A stretch of 63,789 nt of DNA, the filler included, from Polymyxa betae A26-41 (Eukaryota; Protista; Endomyxa: Phytomyxea), in the NCBI GenBank assembly GCA_003693705.1. It is 6 parts of 6 records of this genome, joined end to end, with 100 filler letters (N's around TTAATTAATTAA, not from the genome) between each part and the next. Parts side by side here need not be neighbours in the genome. Positions count along the whole stretch, not along the records: positions 34,542 to 54,593 come from RBZT01000169.1; positions 54,694 to 61,264 come from RBZT01000140.1; positions 61,365 to 63,789 come from RBZT01000939.1; 3 more parts are not named here. The stretch is one strand, 5' to 3'. The notes beneath the pieces were generated by a model, which was not told the DNA's origin, made no database searches, and was given only the letters and a program-made list of their open reading frames with translations. Each line of letters starts with the position of its first letter. Within the stretch, counting starts at the first letter, position 1. The translations under genes and the position numbers were made by a program. Shown here piece after piece: positions 52,811 through 63,789 of this stretch.

Positions 52811-54224
52811 ATTAACTGCATCCATGACTCGCGCATTCATACTGACAGTGATTTTGCCCACAGAAAGCCGCCATTATCAATCTCGGTGTAGTCGGCCGTT
52901 CCGATCTGGGTCGCAACTCGTACTGGGTGCTCATGGGCAGTACGGCAGGCGCGATTCACAGCCGGCATGACCCGTGATTCATGATTGGGCTGGAACGAAT
53001 GTTGGTGTTGATCAGCCACGTCATGGCAATTATCGGTCTTGGAATTTTTGTCTCTGGGAAATGCAGTGGTAAAAGTGACCTAAGACGACCTCACGGGGAT
53101 GTCCCTTGACCCATAATTTTCGTAAACGTTTCTGAAATCCGCATACTTTGCTGATCTAAAAGAGCATTCCCACCAGTCCCGAATAGATAAACATATAGTT
53201 TATAGCTAGAAGTGAAATCCCAACTGTCAGGTATTTGAACGATTTCGAACGTTACTGCAGTCAGTTCCAGTCTTAAAGATATTTGTTTTTGCTCAGAATA
53301 ACTATGTAATTATATCCGGGAAGCAATATGGGCCGTGGCGTAAGTTGGCAGCTCTGGAAGAACAGGCCCTAACAAGGGCTAACAAATCAATGATCCCGAA
53401 AGTGTAACAATATGGAGGCTACTTGTCCTGTTTAAGCTCAAAAAACTTCTGAAAAGCTATGGCCATGGCAACAATTGATTGAATATGCGTTTACAGTGTA
53501 CAATAACTGGAGCCTGCCACAACCTGACGCCAATGTGTTATATGTTTACTTCGGAGCATCACACCTCGCAGCGGTGCAGATGAAAACGAATATATTAAAG
53601 ACAAATTGAAAGCTTTCAGGCTTAATTTGGAGGTTGGGCGTATCGTTAGATGTGCCCAGAAAAGCCCATTTTACAGCGCGAAAATTTCCTCCCGAGCACA
53701 CAAAAGTTTCGAAAAGAGAGCCTTTTGAGGTTAGATGATTTCAAGCAATGACGTCTTTCGGCTTATGCAGATTTTGCAGATGATGAGTGTTTGAACGTGT
53801 TGGCACGCAAACCGATCTTTCATAACTTTAACATCAAATATGTTCATCCTGTCAGCGTGCTGGCTGCTGCTGCTACTCTATAAATTCTTTCTACATATTT
53901 GTCTATAAAATCACTTTCCGTAGTCGTTCTTTCTGGTGTCTTCCTTTCACAGATTCATCCAAGGGTCAGCATCACCAATTGATGTCGCCGACTCGATGGA
54001 ACAGTTTCAGAAAGAATCCAGTGGATGCCCGAGAAAACATCCAATGTTCAACAATGAGCGATCATGGATTCTGCAAATTAACCTGACCGCGATTGTTTTA
54101 TCGCTTCGGCTTTGAATTAATGTAGTCTCTGAGCAGCATCCACTCGGCTTGAATCAGCGATCGCTTCCGCATAGCCTATCTTCCGATGTTCCGAAATGTG
54201 AGAATAACAAAAGCCAAAAAAGTA

Positions 54225-54297
54225 AGGCCCTGCGCAGACTCGAACTGCGGTTGCAGGAATCAGAACCCTGCGTGATAACCACCTACACTACAGAGCC
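54225..54297 (-). tRNA. tRNA-Gln(CTG)
   Basis: Identical to 31949-32021. Confidence 0.95.
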
Positions 54298-54308
54298 ATT
54301 TTCCGAAT

Positions 54309-54593
54309 TGTTAAAGGGAGAGGTTTTTCAACTGGAATGTGTTTGAAGAAGTGTTTTATTTGTTACAATGCAAGCGGAAGACAATGCTTCCGGTTGAATT
54401 AGCCTGAGTCAACGCTATCGATATCTCGAGATTGATCTAACAGCGCTCATATGCTAACACGCCCCTTCGTTGTTGACATCGAGAGTTTCTTTGATTGATA
54501 AAGTGGGGCTGTAATCTGGATCGCCATCTTCTGCAATTCCAATGCGCATCTTTTCGTGCGTCGTTTAGCCGGGCAGCCTTCTCGGTCGCCATC
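54309..54593 (-). mobile_element. 3' LTR (54309-54459) with PPT and internal tail of a tRNA-adjacent LTR retrotransposon, cut by the gap
   Basis: Termini TGTTA...TAACA; on the minus strand AACGAAGGGGCG directly precedes the LTR (PPT-like). Confidence 0.75.
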
Positions 54594-54693
54594 NNNNNNN
54601 NNNNNNNNNNNNNNNNNNNNNNNNNNNNNNNNNNNNNTTAATTAATTAANNNNNNNNNNNNNNNNNNNNNNNNNNNNNNNNNNNNNNNNNNNN

Positions 54694-54970
54694 CGCAGAT
54701 TTTCTTTGCTGCAGATAGGGATTCGAACACAGTTCCAATTGACATTTCCCCAGCACAAATCACTTTAACTGGAGATATGGTTTTTTCAGGGAGGGGATCA
54801 GCGGAGCATTCCGTTACATCGCGATCTTCAGGCATGGATCCGAGATCAGGCGAGAGCGGTCCATCACTAAAGTCGACTTCTACGCTCCTCACATCCGTGC
54901 TGGAAAAGCTAAAGAGGTTAGCGACACGAGAGAACATGACTTCAGACGGGATCGGGGGCAGAAATGTCAC
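54694..54970 (-). pseudogene. Possible MULE/FAR1-type N-terminal fragment
   Basis: MSIGTVFESLSAAK motif at the contig edge. Confidence 0.35.
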
Positions 54971-56238
54971 GAGTGGGGAACGTGGTCGTAGATCTAAGAC
55001 GTATGCGACCGCCTATATAGGAGGTCGCGCACGCAGTTAAAACTGCGACCGGTCGCAGACGTAGCAGGGTCGTTGGGCAATTTGCCAAAATTTTCCAGCC
55101 ACGTTTTGGAAAGAGCGCAGCCTGTTGACCATAAATCAGCGAACTAGTCGAAATCCATCTCATTCACATTCCCATCTCTACAGTATCATCCTTCACTGAA
55201 ATCTTAAATTCCTATTCGAAACCACTGAATAGGTTTGGAACAGCGAGTTACGTCTGTTCCTGTTTTGATATTGGATGTTCGCTTAATTGCATTTGCATAC
55301 CGTTGTATCATGAAAATCGTTGGCTGCTATAGCGATCAGAGATCGGATTTGGCCATGAGTAATGTTTGTTTTGCCAAAAATCGACAAACCTGACTTGATT
55401 TTTTGTTGTTCAGATCAAGACCGCTTAGAGTTGCTCTTTCGGTATTAAAGATGGACGTCATTTGCAGACAAACTTCTGCCGATTTCATTCATTTGCTACG
55501 TGGTCATGTGCCAGCATCTCAGCCTAACAAAAAACGTAATTCGACACCTCCGATCGTGCTAAATCGATTCGGCTAGCTCTGACCATCGCTGAAACTACCC
55601 TCAACATCGAACGCCTCACATAACTAATGGCAGAATTTCAAGCCCAAGACACCCTCTGTCAAATCCTTGCATTTAAAATCAATGGCGAGATGTATGTTCG
55701 ATCTAAAGGGCTCCAACGGTGTTATGGACTATTAGCGGGTCTATTCAAATGATCCATTGCGATCTATACGAGGACAAGTTCAAACTGATTGGCGAATGGT
55801 TTCTCGAGAACGACCCGAATTAGAAAGCAATACAGGAAGATATATCAAAGAATGAGACAGCCTTTGTATCGGTGCTTGACCAATAGGATGCAAGCATGGC
55901 TCAGATTTCGTTGTCGGTTCCAGCTTAATCATTTCCAGCTTAACCATTACCGATCTCGTCTCTACTGTCTGGTCTGGATATCAAATCCAGTTGGCTGCGT
56001 TTTGGTCCGAGGTCTGAAGTGAAATTTGGATTTGTGCCTCCCTTCCATTCAACATTCTGGATCGGATCTATGATAAGATTGGGAACCATCCGAAAGGCGT
56101 CGAATGGAACCAAAACCATAAAAAGAGGATATAAAGAATAAAACAGTGCTTTTCGCAACAGTTCGGTTAATCATCCTGATAAGGCAAACTGACTGAATAG
56201 AAGGAAAAACAAGCCGAGAAAAAGCAACGAAAACAGAA

Positions 56239-56309
56239 TGCGCCATCCGGGAATCGAACCCGGGACAACTCGTTGGCAACGAGCTATTATACCACTTAAC
56301 CAACAGCGC
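56239..56309 (-). tRNA. tRNA-Gly(GCC)
   Basis: GCGCTGT...ATGGCGC acceptor stem, loop TT-GCC-AA, GGTTCGATTCC. Confidence 0.95.
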
Positions 56310-56321
56310 TGGCTATGTCTA

Positions 56322-56473
56322 TGTTAGACGGGAGAGGGTTTTGAACTGGAATGTGTTTGAAGAAGTGTTTTCTTTGATAGCATTGAAGCGGAAGGCAATG
56401 CTTCCGGTTGAATTAGCGTGAGTCAACGCTATTGATATCTCGAGATTGATCTGACAGCGCTCATATGCTATCA
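56322..56473 (-). mobile_element. Solo LTR with a 5-bp target-site duplication
   Basis: GTCTA|TGTTAG...CTATCA|GTCTA; 12 nt from the tRNA-Gly 5' end. Confidence 0.85.
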
Positions 56474-58196
56474 GTCTACGTTACATAATGCCAAACAGAC
56501 CTCTTTAACGCTTAAGATCCTGATGATCCTGGGACATGACCCAAATTGCCTGATTGTAAAAATGCCTCTGAAAAATGCCTCCAGTTGACTTAACTTGCTT
56601 GTAAGCTTTCTGCAGAAGTGGTTTCATGAGTTTCGGCTGATTCCATTGTGCTGTATTAAAGTCGGATATGTAGGTCTCTAAGCCCTCCGTTGGGCTGAAA
56701 TTCGCCAAATTCCCTCAAGGGTGTAGGCCTCCGAAATATGATTAGTAGGAGAGCCAAGATTTCGGTCTGTGCCTCACACTAGGGTAAAAGTGCCGCCCAC
56801 CTTGCCGAAAGGCACGATAACTAGTACAATCCAATCCAGTTGACTTAACTCAACAAACTCAACGAATCCGCTCCCCTCCAATCTGTAATTGCACTTGTGA
56901 TGTCAGGAGAGAGCTCGGCAGCTTTGAAGCCACGCGTTGACGTTAAAAAAGCATTCACACACTACGCTTGTTTATCGGGATAGAGACCCTCAATTTTTGG
57001 CAAATGGTGGCCGACGCATCGCAATTTCGGGACAGTGATTGATGATCTGTCGAGAAGAATGTAATTCAACGGCTTGGACACTTCATTGACTAATTGCAAC
57101 AAGACAGTGGCCCTAGCTTGCAGAGATTCAGCAGAAACCAAGAGCGGCCAATAAGTCTGGCAAACCTCCCAATAGTCGACCAATCAAACCCTAGTTGCAT
57201 GGAGTTGTTAACAATGTCAAGATTGGCCACCCCACTACCCCATTCCAGGCTATTCCTTACAGAGGTGCCCCGTTGCCCGCCGATATTTCTTTTCCTGCTC
57301 ATTCATCATTCAAGTTGCCATCTAAAGCTGTTATCATGACTATCGAGATCCGATTAACGACAAACACATGAGCAATGACAGAGTTTCAAACCTCAAACGA
57401 CTTTTAACCAGATTCCCGTTATAACCATGCGAGACTCTGGACAAGTTCGACATCAAAGGCGAACCCGACGTCGTCCAAAGGTCGAATATGCAGCTATAAT
57501 CAGCGGTTAATGTCTTTATCGGGGATCCATGCAGATGTATGGACCTCGGGAAAGGCATGGGATCCAATTGCTGTTATTGAAGACCTGAGTTCTTATCGCG
57601 TTCATTCGATCGATATTATCAGATTGCGGAAATCACACGCGGGCTTAAAAAAAATATGCACGAGAATAACCGCGCTAGATCTCGGTCGGCAGGAACCTAG
57701 CCAGTCCTCCTCGTGCAGATTTGGGCCGTCTTCAAGCTTGCATGTGATGACCCAAGATTGGAACGTGACCCCGATTACTAAGGATTCCATCTGTTGGATA
57801 ATTGTTTATGGCCTCTTTAAGTGGTTCTGATTCCATTCGGCAGCTTCTGAAGAGCTCGCTATCTTATCGCAGATTCGAGTCAACAGATGCTAGTCCCAAC
57901 TAACCCGGGATGCTGAAATGTTGATTCGAGATTGAAATGTCTCTGACAATGAGAATAACAAACAAACACAAAAGGGGCGCCCATGTTGCGCAACCCTTCT
58001 GCCCCGACTTGGAGCAGCCACTTTCGCGTTGGATGGTTCTACAGTGGAGATGCACTGACATCAGGGTTTCTTCGCCAGTCATCAATGATCACAAGCCACT
58101 GACAGATAGGGTTTCCTCAGTCAACCATGGCGCAGCCTTCGATGTTACATGTTTTAAGTGTCCGTTGATTGTCTTCATTCAACAAATCCTTTAACA

Positions 58197-58883
58197 ATGG
58201 TTCAACAACCCGACATCACCATTACCTACTTCGACGTGACCGGCAAGGCCGAACCGATTCGTCTCGCATTGACTATCGGTGGGATCGCTTTCAAAGACGA
58301 ACGTCTTCAGCGCGATGACTGGCCCGCCTTGAAGCCCAAGACGCCATTCGGTCAGCTGCCGACCATGACCATTAATGGCGAGACCTTTGCCCAATCGCAT
58401 GCCTTGCTTCGTTATGCTGGACGCCTTTCTGGCTTGTATCCGGAGGATCCGATTCAAGCGCTGAAGGTGGACATGATTGGCGACCAGGTCGAAGACATCG
58501 TCCAAAACTTATACCCAGTCTTCCGCGAAGAGGATCCCGATAAAAAGAAGGCCCTGATCGAGGAGATCGTTAAGTCGAAGCTACCTGGACCGTGTTCGGC
58601 TCTGGAGAGGAACATCTGCAAAGAAAAATCGGGATGCTCTGTGGGCTCATCTCTTACCACTGCTGATTTACTCGTCTACAATTTGGCTTCGCTTTTCAAA
58701 TCTGGTGACTTTGTTGCTAATGCATACTTAACCTGGCTCTTATATATTTCCATGTTAGGTCGTTTTCCAGGATTCCCGAATGACGCTTTCGAATCCTACA
58801 AGAATATTAACCGAGTTCATGACACTGTTTGTGTCAATCCCAAAGTCGTCGAATGGAACAACAAACACTTCAAGAATGCCTAA
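58197..58883 (+). CDS. Glutathione S-transferase (sigma-like), copy 1; intron 58705-58758
   Basis: TYFDVTGKAEPIRL, KPKTPFGQLP, AQSHALLRY, SLTTADL. Confidence 0.95.
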   Translation: MVQQPDITITYFDVTGKAEPIRLALTIGGIAFKDERLQRDDWPALKPKTPFGQLPTMTINGETFAQSHALLRYAGRLSGLYPEDPIQALKVDMIGDQVEDIVQNLYPVFREEDPDKKKALIEEIVKSKLPGPCSALERNICKEKSGCSVGSSLTTADLLVYNLASLFKSGDFVANAYLTWLLYISMLGRFPGFPNDAFESYKNINRVHDTVCVNPKVVEWNNKHFKNA

Positions 58884-59766
58884 GCGATTCCCTAAGCAGT
58901 TCAGCACAAGTTGACGACCTTCTTCAATTACTAAATACTATTAGTTTTAGTTCATATTGATTGCGTTCGCGAATAGCAATGGTTCATGTTCATCAAATAT
59001 CTACAGAAGAATCCTGAATCCAGCGACATCGTTTTCATTTTTGCTTCAAGGGTCGATGTTTCCACGATCGGATAGTTCAAGGTCTTGTAGATGCAATGGG
59101 GGTTGATACATGTACATGCTCTTATTGATGGGAATCACGACGATGGTGGCAGCTATGCGGTTGGTTCAGTTGGCCTGCAGGGGCTGTCACAATAAATGAG
59201 GGTCGCCGAGAGATTCAGCCTTATGGCGATTCGAAGAAAGTACAATGACTACTTACAGTGCTGATCGTGAAATTTGAATCTCGACCGACAGTTTCTAAAA
59301 AAAGGAGTTCTGGAGTCGTGGTCAATGCAGGATGAAAGTCGCTCGCAATCTGCCAGCAAACTGAAATCGTGTTGCAGAATCCATTTTGATAACGGAAGAT
59401 CATTATGTGCGGCATCGAACCCGTAATTGAGTTAGGTATGGCATTTCCCTTCAATTGCAAATGACGGCAAACCATCTCAAATGCACAAATACTCTCACTG
59501 TGCAATATTAAAGTGGACTTGACAGCACAGAATTGTCAATGCCAACAAGACGAGAGGCGCTGTTGGAAAGGACCAGTTCAGCAGCAGGGCAGCCCTGCGG
59601 CGCAGCCGTGCACCTTTGGTAGGGTCTAGGGGTTTCCTCGTCACTGGCACAGTCACTTTTCAATGACCATTAGCGACTTTCAGCTAGGGTTTCTTCAGTC
59701 AAAGCAAGGCGCAGCCCTCGATGTTGAATGTTTGAACCGATTACTAATTGTCTTCATTTGGACAAG

Positions 59767-60445
59767 ATGGTTCAGCATCCAGACATCACCGTCACCTACT
59801 TTGATTTGCCCGGCAAGGCCGAGCCGATTCGTCTCGCGTTGACGATCGGTGGGATCCCATTCCATGATGAACGTATCCAGCGCGACGACTGGCCCGCCCT
59901 GAAGCCCAAAACTCCTTTCGGACTACTTCCGACCATGACGATCAATGGCGAGACGTTTGCGCAATCACGTGCTTTGCTGCGATATGTTGGACGTCTTTCT
60001 GGTTTGTATCCGGAAGACCCAATTCAAGCGCTGAAGGTGGACATGATCAGCGACCAGGTAGAAGATATCATCCAGAACGTGTGGCCGATCATGCGCGAAG
60101 AACATCCCGATAAAAGGAACGCTCTGATTGAGGAAATTGTAAAGACGAAGCTACCTGGACCGTGTTCGGCTCTGGAGAAGTACATTTGCAAGGAGAAATC
60201 GGGATACTCTGTGGGCTCTTCTCTAACCATCGCTGATTTAGGCATTTACATCATGACTGGGCTCTTCATATCAGGTCTGCTAGTTTTTAGCTGTCTTGGA
60301 AGCTTGTTCTTATTATTGCATTGTAGGTTATGTTCCCGGGATCCCGAACAACCTTCTCGATTCCTACAAGAATATTAACCGAGTTTACGAGGCTGTCTGC
60401 GCCAATCCCAAGGTCGCCGAATGGAACAACAAACACATGATGTAA
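59767..60445 (+). CDS. Glutathione S-transferase (sigma-like), copy 2; intron 60275-60326
   Basis: Tandem paralog with the intron at the same position; splicing restores ...NPKVAEWNNKHMM*. Confidence 0.95.
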
Positions 60446-61364
60446 CTCTGAGCTCTTCAACGAACTGCATTTAGTTACATCTTAAATTCATAATAAAATG
60501 ACGATCGGTCTTAGTCTGGTCGTCAACGATTTTCATTTCTTCTCTCTGTATCAAAAACTTCTATCAGAAAAATATCTTGAATACAGCGATAAGCCGCTGC
60601 TTTCGTCGTCTATCTTGCTTTCAGCATCGCAGGTTCGATTAGGCTACGTTCGGATGGTTCGAGACGTTCTTGTAAATACGATGGTTCTGGTACAAATTGG
60701 TGAAACTGAAGGAAACCCAGTAAGCACCCCTAACAGCAAATTACCTCGTAATCGCAGCAAAAAAAGAAGGTGTATATTTCTTTCCCCCAAAAATCCGTTT
60801 TGTCATTTTCCAAAAACCAATTCCCAAAATATCACCCCCTAAAACTAATAATATCATCCGCCCCCCAACAAAAAACCAATTCCCAAAGTTCGCCCATACT
60901 CTGACAAGCAGAGGCATCTTTTGTCTTCAAATTAAATTCAAAACCAAAAAATGAAAAATCCCAGCACGACCCAAATATATTTTTCCTTTAAACTCAAAAT
61001 TATTTTAAGGGTTGATGAGTAATAATTTAAATGACATTCACCTTTAAGGAGGACAGAAATAAATATCAATCTCAAAAAGTTAAATGTGAAATCTGTGATA
61101 GATGAGAAGAGATGCCAATTATAGACATCGGAAAAACCACGACCCAGAGCAGAAAAAAATATATAATGAAACGCAGAGAGAAAAGCGCAATGATTATTTT
61201 AAAGAATACCAACAAAAGAAGAACATACAAAACCCTAATTATAAGAAGATTAAAATCCATTTTCNNNNNNNNNNNNNNNNNNNNNNNNNNNNNNNNNNNN
61301 NNNNNNNNTTAATTAATTAANNNNNNNNNNNNNNNNNNNNNNNNNNNNNNNNNNNNNNNNNNNN

Positions 61365-63346
61365 CAGTCCATTTGTGATTAGCTCCTTAATAAACGTTTT
61401 TAAGAACTGGCTATCCTCTGGGCTGTATCTCTCCCTCTGCACCGAATCGGTCTCTCGTTTGGAAGAAGCCGTGTGATAAACGGAGTTACTGTTGCTGGAG
61501 GGTCTGGTCCTAGGTTAAATGGTTAATCCGCCAGATAACTACATATCTTCGCACTAGCCGATCCAGCCTCTTTAACCATTCCTCTGGTAACCCATTTATT
61601 ACCTCATTCTCCAGCAGAGCTTCGATTTCTGCCTCTATATCTTCGCTGTTGACTTTGCCAATTACGACATCTTCGTCATCCTCTATTGTGGAATTCTGAT
61701 CATCGTCAACGCTTTGTATGATGGGTCTATTTCGCCCTGCTTCTCGTAAAGGGTTATGTTGACCATTTCTCTTCAGGATTAATGTGTCGAGCGCACTTTT
61801 TGGCTCAATGCCGAGTTCCTCTAACAAATCGCTACCCAGTATGATCTCATCACTGGGGACATCCCAAATCAGACACTGTCGATTTCTTATGATCAAATCT
61901 CCAGCTTTTATGCGCAGCCCTAAATTTACGCAAATAAAGTCCGTGGTTGTCACCTCTGTCTCGTTATCACCTAATCTCAGCCTGATAGGGTCTGCGAGTT
62001 TCTGAACGGGAATGTTAGGATCGTTTTTATAGCTTTCTCGGCGATCGTTTTTGGAATTAAGGAAACGCCAACTGCACCACTGTCCAGGATGCATGGAAAG
62101 TAAAGCCCCTCATTAATTTTCACCTCTATCTGATATTCCTCTATCTCTTTTCCAATTTTGCACACCATCGTATAATCAGACTGAGTCTTTCCCATTTTAT
62201 TGTCATTCTTCTTGGACAATTCATGAACCTCTTTTTTAGAAACTTTCTTCGGACATTTGAAGACAGGGAGGCCTACCTGATCGCAGCCATAGCAGACGAG
62301 GGGCTTCTTGTCCCCTTCCGCTTCCTTTTTAGGGGGTGGCTCACGCTTGGTTGTACCGGTACCTGTGAAAACTATACGCTGTTCGCGCTGTAGTTTCTTA
62401 CCAGTCGACTTGCATTCTTCTTCCCTCAGATCCTCTGTAGCCACCTTGATCGACCGCTCATATGACTTGGCTAGGTCCACCAGCACGGTCACCAACGACC
62501 GTGGGCGAGTTCCAAATCGTGGGTTCGCGGCTATCTCCGCCTTCAATAATTTCTTCAAGCCATTAGGGCGGACGGCATTGAGAAGATACTTCACCTCTAA
62601 CTTCTCTCCATCATCATCTTCAATGACTGTTGCCAACCGTTATCATCCACTAGTTGATCAAATTGACGCTCGAGATCTATGACCCGTGCCATGGGGCATT
62701 TGATCTCCAGGTTCATCTCCAATTCCCTCATCTTAAGATCCATTTCGGAGACACTAGTCACCAGACTCTTCAGTAAATCATTGATCCATTCTTCAAGGTC
62801 AGAATCTGTGACGTCTTCAACCCGCTTCTTCTCCGAATGGTAACGCCAATACGCCCGAACCAAGTGACGGTCCAGCATGTCAACCAACGAACGCAGCTGT
62901 GCTCCTTCTGCTCCTGAATCCACGAAAACCCGTAGATTTTGTTCTCGTTCCGAGACGAATCGTACCAGCTCAGGGCGATCCACGGACGTCAATGTCGGCG
63001 CTTTGTTGGTTTCGAACACGGTAACATTGCTCGACGCCACTCGCTGTCCACGACTGTATAGACCGTCGACGAGCTTCATCCTGCTACTGGACTCAGTTCC
63101 TCTAACCTGGGTATGTTTCGTCACCAAATCCTCGTTCCCATCCGAAGATGATTTCGAAGTTACCCGAGGTTCAGTTTCTTTTTGTTCCTCTGTCGGACGG
63201 AGCCCCATCTTGGCAACCTCATTGGCAACTTTCTCAGTTTCGTCGCCGTAGGTGACGGTGTCTTCCTTATTAAGCTCTATTCTGACAGGTGCCATCTCAG
63301 TCTTAGTCAGCTGAAAGAATTCTTTGTAGCAATCTGTCCACGACAA
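61365..63346 (-). mobile_element. Ty3/gypsy gag-protease region, frameshifted, cut by the gap
   Basis: gag-like ORF, degenerate knuckle CYGCDQVG...KCP, aspartic protease ILDSGA...IILGSDLL. Confidence 0.85.
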
Positions 63347-63601
63347 CGAAATCCCAAACGTGTGATAGACAGAATAATTCAGATTCTGTATTTCCTAAAT
63401 TTGGCCTGGTCATGCCGTGCGGACCTCTCGACGCCGGGCGGACTTGGTAGCTGTACTATTATAGTGCAGCTTGTCATACTTGAGCTTGGTCGTAGTTTTT
63501 AAACCTTTCAGATTTATGCGATGAATACTTCGTATGGCAATATGATATTGCGCACTCGTCTTTACAAGTTTGCGTACGGGGCTTTATTAAATCTGATACA
63601 A

Positions 63602-63789
63602 TTGGATATGAAAGAGATTCCTGGCAATTTTAATTGGATTGCTTTACGGGTGATGTATTGGCTGATATGGCTAGGCTGGGAATAACTTTGACAAATAAAC
63701 TTCAAAACAGATAATACTTTACTTTATGTTCGAGACTGATTGATTAGAGCTAGCTGTGATTTATTGTAAAAATTGAATTTATCCTGATT
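63602..63789. repeat. Dispersed ~190-bp repeat, copy 2
   Basis: Matches 11898-12083. Confidence 0.85.

Noticed and set aside
52825-53023. Possible TG...CA element 14 nt upstream of the second tRNA-Val
   Set aside because: No TSD and no similarity to the LTR family
56480-57900. Possible degenerate retroelement coding sequence
   Set aside because: No diagnostic motif could be read with confidence
63361-63555. Candidate 5' LTR of the terminal gypsy element
   Set aside because: Termini and PBS not convincing without a second copy
1-63789. CRISPR arrays or prokaryotic operons
   Set aside because: No regularly spaced repeats; the sequence is eukaryotic with spliceosomal introns

Overview
Eukaryotic (protist-type) genomic DNA made of six contigs joined by artificial N-TTAATTAATTAA-N linkers (10609-10708, 21972-22071, 34442-34541, 54594-54693, 61265-61364). 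Short GT-AG introns, T(2-4)AGGG repeats and the TE repertoire would fit a phytomyxid/plasmodiophorid-like organism, but that is only inference. Contigs 1, 2 and 6 are transposon graveyards: a chromodomain Ty3/gypsy, a CryptonF-type tyrosine-recombinase element, PIF/Harbinger-type transposases, a Copia nested in a MULE, a DIRS/Ngaro remnant, a MITE and a second gypsy gag-protease. Contig 3 is a GC-rich gene block with a small secreted protein, a divergent lipoxygenase-like gene and an intron-rich EF-hand/WD40 gene. Contigs 4-5 hold hypothetical genes, a BTB gene and a tandem GST pair. Six tRNA genes are spread over contigs 3-5. The most notable observations are: (1) introns that begin with three sense-strand telomere-type repeats; (2) a ~150-bp LTR family sitting 11-13 nt upstream of three different tRNA genes, suggesting a tRNA-targeting retrotransposon; (3) introns with complementary GTAAC/GTTAC ends; (4) a short lipoxygenase-like protein with atypical ligand positions.
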